A DNA stretch of 13,492 nt from Anaerolineae bacterium (GTDB lineage Bacteria; Chloroflexota; Anaerolineae; S140-20). The notes under the pieces were generated by a model that searched no databases, was not told where the DNA came from, and saw only the letters and a program-made list of their open reading frames with translations. The position numbers and the translations under genes are program-made. Positions 7,701-13,492 of this stretch are shown in pieces (the stretch's first letter is position 1; every line of letters starts with the position of its first letter). The stretch is from the NCBI GenBank assembly GCA_027021705.1, contig JALUTT010000046.1:1-13492 (forward strand), given 5' to 3'.

Positions 7701-8450
7701 CAAGCCGGGCGGCTGAGCGATCCCGACTGGCAAGCCTACCTGAACGGACTGCGCCGGCACGCCCCCCAACTCCTGGCCGTCCCCCAAGCGTGGAAAGTGC
7801 TCCTCGAAGTTTCGGATGAAGGGGTCCGCCAGGCAGCGGCACGACAACTCATCGTTCACAAGGATCTCGCCGGCCTCGAAGCGCTCCTGAAATGGGTCAG
7901 AGAAGGCGAACTCTCCGAGACCGCGGCCTTGGAGACCTTGGAGAAAAACCTGGACTTTGCCGCCCGCGCCCTGGGGGCGCGAGCTGCCGATCCCACCGCC
8001 TTGCGCTTATTGAACGGCCTGGCTGCGAAGTATCCCGGCCAGGTGCCCATCCTCTACGTGCAGCGGGGATACTGGGTCCGCTGCCAGGTCGGCTGGGGGC
8101 GCATCGAGCGCATCGAGGACACAGACGGGCGCGAGGTCCCCTACGTCCATCGGAAGGAACTGTCCTGGGGCTACCGGCTGTGGATCGCGCTGCGTCCTGA
8201 CGAGGACGCAGAGCTGGTGGTGCTCGACTTGGATCGGGGCGAAATCCACTTTCTTCTCCCATCCCGACACTATCTCTGCACCAAATGCGGCCAGTTCGCC
8301 GCCCGGAGGCACGGATGGATCACCGGTCGCCACGAGCGGTCCGCCCACGAAGGGTGGCATCCTCGATTCCTCATCTTAGAGACCCTGTTCCTTCCCCAGC
8401 AAGCCGATCTCCGGTTTGCGATACGGCGTCCATCCGACATCTGGCAGTGA
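4788..8450 (+). CDS. Large (1220 aa) multidomain partner of the DUF1998 helicase; putative remote DruH-like (Druantia type III-like) protein
   Basis: RBS GAGGTG at 4775-4780 and strong GC3-biased coding. The helical N-terminal domain YPCTFVTYLVFQGIYGYESGDYWSAV...WGWLF...RYVGAILGHGGIP..SLPDFF resembles the F.LY.....Y...W / FLG.L..EGG[LI]P pattern I recall for DruH-type N-termini. It is followed by a long beta-rich (Ig-like) middle, helical repeats and a C-terminal C2H2-like motif. Size and position 19 bp upstream of a DruE-like helicase fit DruH. The CDS is certain; the family call is inference. Confidence 0.6.
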   Translation: MANNNPPQSLDDWERELRPRMDRIELIGELDLSEAETAAIGDHIRTRIRVLGARRATRQLRERYPCTFVTYLVFQGIYGYESGDYWSAVCRATGLPDDPNHTREWGWLFETIVKKLGLYHEFPGHRYVGAILGHGGIPKASLPDFFEHMLQPSVTKPELAGLPTPELISEWVTRSPRHFVDKPVLRFLERGERVAEEFVERCRRMAADTLEKGEVPSATEVGLPTFVVEHYRRWVEAPHRPELKSTTGPRWRRPRLFLDPWGDGVQIHLPAQQIPEASKGAEVRWEVQMGETVPPQLVPVRLRPTERGWETEEVFLRLPHPAPTYRCRLLVGDQPQREWSLRGPDDDHPWLAFDAEAGRQLNSRTRLPARPLWLLIAPEVTLEAVPPNPLFIRERLPELPGGWYGWQAYEVDLARVTSLILHSPQGNPRVSVRQEATPLRLKLVGGRRWSPPDATVPLYSGEPPRLRIPWVQDADPRQLSRWRLELRPEGRALPAEPVQTTFEALADRLTSTPSSGKPASQRALELPLTHLLGERPIGRYRLRLRDPRGRSATLRFGIVPYLRITGHEPLYLPDPQQGGPRVSLVVETDAWTKAELRSPNPDLGLTLVDRGKGTHRYQVKLPPDCTEISLRLVRRLPQEDSVSFSLRIPIHRLRWQLVLHPDSAVSSPWRDRTVSVGLDELAQSASPYLLVDLPGPGMGARLRLHLLDADDTLLSLPEVPQSSRRPSRSRRFDLRLVQDTLRQSRSPAIRGELIIEGLPDREGPVTLPVLHFARGIHVDRVRVTRRQEGGKTYVDLAWEPEVPLNKRRVRLWPLTRPWAKPVSVPIPDAARSRHTFSTEDEVLPAGEYLVEFTVDDPWAPRPAPERPPSTDDGGLRVRLGTLEERLAWLDAAIAREGERFDYLGEQALLWQALGDEAQVAQTLRRCLARAKDAPADQVIALAGAFNDHSIADALRSGLYQPHRICAVREARQAGRLSDPDWQAYLNGLRRHAPQLLAVPQAWKVLLEVSDEGVRQAAARQLIVHKDLAGLEALLKWVREGELSETAALETLEKNLDFAARALGARAADPTALRLLNGLAAKYPGQVPILYVQRGYWVRCQVGWGRIERIEDTDGREVPYVHRKELSWGYRLWIALRPDEDAELVVLDLDRGEIHFLLPSRHYLCTKCGQFAARRHGWITGRHERSAHEGWHPRFLILETLFLPQQADLRFAIRRPSDIWQ

Positions 8451-8469
8451 AAATGCGAGGAGGCTGACG

Positions 8470-11400
8470 ATGCCCCAACCGATTCACCCGCTGGAGGCCG
8501 CCCGGCGCATCCGCGATGACTACGTCCGCTACCTGCGCACCACCTACTTCTTCCGCGATGAGGCCCTGCGCCGTCAGTTCGTGCAAGCCCTGGAATCCCC
8601 CGGCTTCCTCGTCCAAGGCCCCATCCTGGAAGCGTCCCCTCCCTTCCGGCGAGGCCGCTCCATTGCCGAGCTCATCGCCGAAGGAATCCTACATCCTGAC
8701 TTCCGGGCGCTCTGCTCGGAGGCACTACCCCTGGATCGGCCTCTCTACCTGCACCAGGATCGCGCCGTCGAGAAGGTCGTGGCCCAAGGACGCAACATCG
8801 TCGTCGCCACCGGCACGGGCAGCGGCAAGACCGAGGCTTTCCTGATCCCCATCCTCGACCACCTGCTCCGGCAGCGGGAGCGGGGAGAACTCCAACGGCC
8901 AGGGGTGCGGGCGCTATTGCTCTACCCGATGAACGCCCTGGCCAACGATCAACTCAAGCGGCTGCGCCGGGTCTTGGCCGCTTTCCCGGAGATCACCTTT
9001 GGCCGCTACACGGGGGAGACCAAGGAGACATCCCACGAGGCCGAGGCCCTCTTCCGAGAACAGTTCCCCGAAGAGCCCCTCCTGCCCAACGAGCGGATCA
9101 GCCGGGAGCAGATGTGGGAGAGCCCCCCCCATATCCTGATCACCAACTACGCGATGCTGGAGTACCTCCTGCTCCGCCCCAAGGACAGTGAGTTCTTCGA
9201 CGGCGAGACGGGGCAGTTCTGGCGCTTCATCGTGCTGGACGAGGCCCACACCTACAACGGGGCCCGGGGGATCGAGATCGCGATGCTCCTGCGCCGCCTC
9301 AAGGACCGGGTGGTGCGCAGTGAGCCGGGCCGTCTGCGTTGCATCGCCACCAGCGCCACGCTGGGGCAGGGCCGCCGGGATTTCCCGGATGTGGCCCGCT
9401 TCGCCAGCGCCCTCTTCGGTGAACCCTTTGAGTGGGACGCGCACGACCCCCGGCGCCAAGATGTGGTCGAGGGCGTGCAGGCGGAGATGGCAGCCCTGGG
9501 TGCGCTCTGGGGAGAGGGCACCGACGCCCTCTACGCCGACCTGACCACGGCGATTGCCCGGGGCGAGCCTCTGGACCGGCTGGCCCAGGTGGCCGTGGAC
9601 CAGGGCGTACCGGTATCGGTCGTCCAGAAGGCCCTGGAAGCCGCCGGCCGCGAGGAACAGGTCCGCGATGCCACAAACCGCTTCCTGTATGAGTTGCTGC
9701 GGGGCGACCGCCGCTTGCACCGCTTGCAGGAGGCGCTGTCGGAGCCCCGCGACCTCTCCGAACTGGCCGACGAGATCGCCCCCCACGGGGCGCCGGATGC
9801 CGTCATCCACCTGGTGCGGCTGGCCGTGCGAGCCCGTCCCCGGCCCGATGCCGTCTCCCTACTGCCGGCCCGCTACCACCTCTTCGCCCGGGCACTGGAA
9901 GGAGCCTTCGTCTGCCTGAACCGAGATCATCCGGCCCACGCCGAGGCGAAAAAGCCCTATCTCTTCCTGAGCCGCCACGAGGTCTGTCCCCACTGCGGTG
10001 GCCGCGTCTTCGAGTTCGCCGCCTGCCCCCGCTGCGGCACGGCTTACCTCATCGGACGGGAGGGGCGGGGGCCCTCTGAGGAGGACCGCCGCTACCCCGT
10101 TTTGCGCCACCCCATCACGACCGTCGAGGATGTCTCGACCGGCCTGATTTACTTCGTCCTGACGGGAGAGGTGCTCCGGCCCGACGAGGATGAGGCCGTG
10201 GTGATGGGAGAATCCGTGGAAGCGCTGGAGGGGGAACGGCTGGAGCCCTACACGGTCTGTCTGGGATGCGGTGCCCTCAGCCCGGGCAGGGAGAAGCCCC
10301 CCTGCGACTGCCCGGCGACCACCCCCATCGCCCGCCTACAGCGGGTCGTCTCCGAACCGGCGGGGAAGCCATCGGGGGGGCTACGGCGCTGTGTGACCTG
10401 TGGGGCCAGGCGACACGACGGCGTCGTGTCCCGCTTCCTGACGGGCCGGGATGCGCCGGTGAGCGTGCTGGCCACCTCGCTGTACCAACTGCTGCCCCCG
10501 GCCGAGGAGGGCCGGGCCTCGGAACTCCCCGGTCAGGGCCGCAAGCTCCTCGTCTTCGCCGACAGCCGGCAGGATGCCGCTTTCTTCGCCCCCTACCTGG
10601 AGCGCACCTATAGCCGAATCCTGCGCCGCCGCCTCATCCTGAAGGCGCTGACCGAGGACCCCGGCGGTCGTACCGGTCGTCTGCGGCTCCAGGACCTGGT
10701 GCCCCGGGTGCTGGAGGAAGCCGAGGAGGCCGGCGTCTTCACCGCCGGCCAGAGCTTCGACGAACGGACCCGCCAGGTAAGCCGGTGGCTGATGCAGGAG
10801 TTCATCGCCCTCGACTACCGCATCGGTCTGGAGGGGCTGGGGCTGCTCCACTTCCGCCTGATCCCTCCCCGGGGTTGGACGCCTCCCGCCCCCCTGCTGG
10901 CTCCGCCCTGGAACCTGACCGACGGAGAGGTATGGGACCTGCTGGTGGTCCTGCTCAACACCCTGCGTCGGCAAGGCGTGGTGACCTTCCCACCCTATGT
11001 GGATCCTCGCGATCCCGCCTTCGAGCCGCGCAACGTGGAACTCTTCGTGGGGGAGTACGCCATCGCCAAGCATTGGGTGTTGGGCTGGTTGCCCAAGCGG
11101 GGCAGCAACCGACGGATGGATTACCTGGTGCGGCTCCTGCACCGTCGGGCCGGCCTCCCCCCGACCGAAGCCGAGGCTGTCGCCCGGGGGACGATGCAGG
11201 GGCTCTGGCGCCACCTCACCGATCGCGCCTCGCCGTGGCGCAGCCACCTGTCCGTCGAGCACCCTCCCTCGGCCGGCGTGGCCTACCGCCTCAGTCACCG
11301 CTTCTGGGAGTGGGTGCCCGTGACCGAAATGAACCTCCCCGTCTACCGTTGCAACCGCTGTTTCAACGTCACTTACGTGAACCTGGACGGCGTCTGCCCG

Positions 11401-13395
11401 ACCTACGGCTGCGATGGGACCCTGGAGCGGGTGGACGGGCAGGCCGGGGCCTGGGAAGGGAACCACTACCGCCACCTCTACCGGACGCTAACCCCCATCC
11501 CCCTGAGCGCCGAGGAGCACACCGCCCAGTGGACCCCCCAGGCGGCCGGGGAGGTCCAGGACCGCTTCATCCGGGGAGAGGTCAATGTCCTCAGTTGCTC
11601 AACCACCTTTGAGCTGGGCGTGGATGTGGGGGACCTGCAAGCGGTGCTGATGCGCAATGTGCCTCCCACCACCGCCAACTACGTGCAGCGGGCCGGACGG
11701 GCCGGGCGTCGAACCGACTCGGTGGCCCTGGTGCTGACCTATGCCCAGCGTCGGTCCCACGACCTGACCCACTTCAGGAACCCTCGGCGGCTGGTGGCCG
11801 GTTCCATCCGGCCGCCGGTGGTGGTCGTCGCCAACGAGAAGATCGTGCGTCGTCACGTCCATTCCGTCCTGCTGGGCGCCTTCTTCCGCTGGGCACGGGA
11901 TCACCACGGGCGGCTCTTCCCCACGGTGGGGAGCTTCTTCGCCCCGGAGGATGGGGAGGTGTCCGGGCCGGAGCTGCTGAACCGCTACCTGCGCCAGCGC
12001 CCCCGCGCCGTCCAGGAGGCCCTGCAACGCATCGTTCCCCCCGAACTGAAATCCGTCCTGGGGATCGCCGACTGGGGATGGTTGCCCCGGTTGACCGACG
12101 AGAAGGGGAAGGGGATCCTCGACGCCGTCGTCGAAGAAGTCCTCGGCGACCTGGCCCAATACCGGGAATTGGAGCAGGAAGCGGTACAGGAGCGCAACTA
12201 CCGTCGTGCAGAGCACTTCCAACGGGTGGCGGCCACCGTGCGTCGCCGTGAACTGCTGGGCTTCCTGGGCGCCCGCAACGTGTTGCCCAAGTACGGTTTT
12301 CCCACCGACGTGGTCGAGTTGCGCACCCACCACGTCTATCGGTCCGAGGCAAGGCGGGTGGAGTTGCAACGGGACCTGCGCATCGCCATCTCCGAGTACG
12401 CGCCGGGGGGAGAGGTGGTGGCGGCCAAGCGCATCTGGGTCGGCGGGGGGCTCTACCGCAGGTCGGGCCGCGAATGGCAGGTCGTCCATTACGCCGTTTG
12501 CCCCCAATGCGGCCGCTTCCACCGGGACCTCCGGCCGCTGAACAGGCGATGTACCGTCTGCGGAGCGGACCTCTTCGGTTGGCCTCGGCGGCCCGTTCGG
12601 TTCGTGATCCCTGAGTGGGGGTTCCTGGCCAGCAGCAAGACCCGCGATCCGGGGGAGCGCCGGCCCCAACGCATCTACGCCTCGCGGGTCTTCTTCTCCG
12701 AGTATGTGTCGGAGGGGGCAGGGGGGGGTGCCGGCTTGGAGGAGGTTCCCCGGCTATCGGGCGAGGCCGTCCGGGTGGCCCGACGTTACTCCCGCTACGG
12801 CAGGCTGGCCGTGGTCAACGCCGGTGTGGGCGGCGCAGGGTTCCGCCTCTGCACCCGCTGCGGATGGGCGGAAGCGGCGCCCTCGACGAGGCCCGGACGG
12901 CGCTCGCACCGTCAACGGTCTCACACCAATCCGCGCACCGGACGGCCCTGTCACGGCACCATCGAGACCTATCACCTGGGCCACGAGTTCATCACCGACG
13001 TGCTGGAACTGCGCTTCACAGGCCCCCTGGCCCCGGCCGACGACCGCGACCTCTGGCTCTCCACCCTCTACGCCCTGCTGGAGGGGGCCAGCGAGGCGCT
13101 GGGCATCGCCCGGGATGACCTGGACGGGACCCTCTACCCCTACCGGGTTGGCTCACCGCCGGCCTTGGTCCTCTTCGACAACGTGCCCGGCGGCGCGGGC
13201 CACGTGCGTTGCATCGCCCAAGCCCTTCCCCGGGTCGTCCAGGCGGCCTGGGAGCGCGTGGCCCGCTGCGAGTGCGGTGAGGAGACCAGTTGCTACGAGT
13301 GCCTGCGTAACTTCTACAACCAGCACGTCCACGACCGGCTCCGCCGCGGCCGAGCGCGGGACCTCCTAGGGGTGTTGATAGAGAGGCCGGGATGA
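8470..13395 (+). CDS. Giant SF2 DEAD/DEAH-box helicase with C-terminal DUF1998 (MrfA-type Zn-binding) domain; DruE-like anti-phage helicase, 1641 aa
   Basis: Q motif LYLHQ, Walker A ATGTGSGKTE, Ia LLYPMNALANDQ, ITNYAMLEYLLLRP, Walker B LDEAH, III SATL, IV LVFADSRQDAA, EEHTAQ, V STTFELGVDVGDL, VI NYVQRAGRAGRR, LPKYGFP, and DUF1998 FDNVPGGAG...CEC....SCYECLRNFYNQ..H..L.R. RBS GAGGAGG at 8457-8463 supports the ATG at 8470 rather than 8416. Confidence 0.9.
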   Translation: MPQPIHPLEAARRIRDDYVRYLRTTYFFRDEALRRQFVQALESPGFLVQGPILEASPPFRRGRSIAELIAEGILHPDFRALCSEALPLDRPLYLHQDRAVEKVVAQGRNIVVATGTGSGKTEAFLIPILDHLLRQRERGELQRPGVRALLLYPMNALANDQLKRLRRVLAAFPEITFGRYTGETKETSHEAEALFREQFPEEPLLPNERISREQMWESPPHILITNYAMLEYLLLRPKDSEFFDGETGQFWRFIVLDEAHTYNGARGIEIAMLLRRLKDRVVRSEPGRLRCIATSATLGQGRRDFPDVARFASALFGEPFEWDAHDPRRQDVVEGVQAEMAALGALWGEGTDALYADLTTAIARGEPLDRLAQVAVDQGVPVSVVQKALEAAGREEQVRDATNRFLYELLRGDRRLHRLQEALSEPRDLSELADEIAPHGAPDAVIHLVRLAVRARPRPDAVSLLPARYHLFARALEGAFVCLNRDHPAHAEAKKPYLFLSRHEVCPHCGGRVFEFAACPRCGTAYLIGREGRGPSEEDRRYPVLRHPITTVEDVSTGLIYFVLTGEVLRPDEDEAVVMGESVEALEGERLEPYTVCLGCGALSPGREKPPCDCPATTPIARLQRVVSEPAGKPSGGLRRCVTCGARRHDGVVSRFLTGRDAPVSVLATSLYQLLPPAEEGRASELPGQGRKLLVFADSRQDAAFFAPYLERTYSRILRRRLILKALTEDPGGRTGRLRLQDLVPRVLEEAEEAGVFTAGQSFDERTRQVSRWLMQEFIALDYRIGLEGLGLLHFRLIPPRGWTPPAPLLAPPWNLTDGEVWDLLVVLLNTLRRQGVVTFPPYVDPRDPAFEPRNVELFVGEYAIAKHWVLGWLPKRGSNRRMDYLVRLLHRRAGLPPTEAEAVARGTMQGLWRHLTDRASPWRSHLSVEHPPSAGVAYRLSHRFWEWVPVTEMNLPVYRCNRCFNVTYVNLDGVCPTYGCDGTLERVDGQAGAWEGNHYRHLYRTLTPIPLSAEEHTAQWTPQAAGEVQDRFIRGEVNVLSCSTTFELGVDVGDLQAVLMRNVPPTTANYVQRAGRAGRRTDSVALVLTYAQRRSHDLTHFRNPRRLVAGSIRPPVVVVANEKIVRRHVHSVLLGAFFRWARDHHGRLFPTVGSFFAPEDGEVSGPELLNRYLRQRPRAVQEALQRIVPPELKSVLGIADWGWLPRLTDEKGKGILDAVVEEVLGDLAQYRELEQEAVQERNYRRAEHFQRVAATVRRRELLGFLGARNVLPKYGFPTDVVELRTHHVYRSEARRVELQRDLRIAISEYAPGGEVVAAKRIWVGGGLYRRSGREWQVVHYAVCPQCGRFHRDLRPLNRRCTVCGADLFGWPRRPVRFVIPEWGFLASSKTRDPGERRPQRIYASRVFFSEYVSEGAGGGAGLEEVPRLSGEAVRVARRYSRYGRLAVVNAGVGGAGFRLCTRCGWAEAAPSTRPGRRSHRQRSHTNPRTGRPCHGTIETYHLGHEFITDVLELRFTGPLAPADDRDLWLSTLYALLEGASEALGIARDDLDGTLYPYRVGSPPALVLFDNVPGGAGHVRCIAQALPRVVQAAWERVARCECGEETSCYECLRNFYNQHVHDRLRRGRARDLLGVLIERPG

Positions 13396-13492
13396 ACACG
13401 CCGGAGGTGTTGATCGCCACGCTGGGAACCGAATCCCAGGTCGTCACCCTCTCCCTCCTGGAACTGGAGCGGATGGGGTTCGACGTTGGGGA
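13392..13492 (+). CDS. 5' end of a CRISPR-associated CARF protein of the NE0113/Csx14 (Crn1-like ring nuclease or Csm6-type CARF) family; truncated by the window end and absent from the ORF track
   Basis: The ATG at 13392 overlaps the helicase TGA (ATGA), with a GAGAGG RBS-like motif at 13381-13386. Translation MNTPEVLIATLGTESQVVTLSLLELERMGFDVG matches the CARF strand-1/helix-1 pattern L[IV]ATLG.[SE]PQVVT..L..L...G. Only 33 codons are visible. Confidence 0.75.
   Translation, partial: MNTPEVLIATLGTESQVVTLSLLELERMGFDVG

Noticed and set aside
5619..12669. Long minus-strand ORFs (5619-6515, 8914-9810, 10381-11475, 11599-12669 and others)
   Set aside because: They are antisense mirrors of GC3-biased genes, with no recognisable motifs and no RBS support.
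12721..12728. G8 tract in the helicase (also C8 at 9123-9130, G7 at 10374-10380, C7 at 4803-4809) as phase-variation sites
   Set aside because: All are in frame, encode Gly/Pro linkers and are short enough to be expected in high-GC DNA. Read-level length variation would be needed to support switching.
8470..13395. Calling the helicase Cas3, or DISARM DrmA/DrmB
   Set aside because: There is no HD nuclease domain and it has a DUF1998 C-terminus, so it is not Cas3. Helicase and DUF1998 are fused in one chain and no methyltransferase or PLD gene is in the window, which is unlike DISARM.
1..13492. CRISPR array, tRNA/rRNA genes or a transposase
   Set aside because: No regularly spaced direct repeats, cloverleaf or rRNA signatures, or DDE/HUH transposase ORFs were found in any intergenic region.

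Overview
Bacterial defence island. All genuine genes are on the + strand; host is probably a high-GC Chloroflexota-like organism (inference from the Cmr/CARF protein styles and REP-like palindromes). From left to right: the tail of a type III-B CRISPR-Cas (Cmr) operon (possible cmr3 end, cmr4, cmr5, cmr6), a compact Card1/Can2-type cOA-activated CARF + PD-(D/E)xK nuclease, an AIM24-family gene flanked by two REP-like palindromes, then a promoter-like site, a 1220-aa DruH-like protein and a 1641-aa DruE-like SF2 helicase with DUF1998 (Druantia type III-like pair). The helicase stop overlaps (ATGA) the start of a second CRISPR CARF gene of the NE0113/Csx14 ring-nuclease type, which the window end truncates. 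The main observation is a Druantia-like helicase module nested within a type III CRISPR/cOA locus and translationally coupled to a CARF gene. No CRISPR array, cas10, cas1/cas2, tRNA, rRNA or transposase is visible. Family calls come from motif recognition only; no database search was run.
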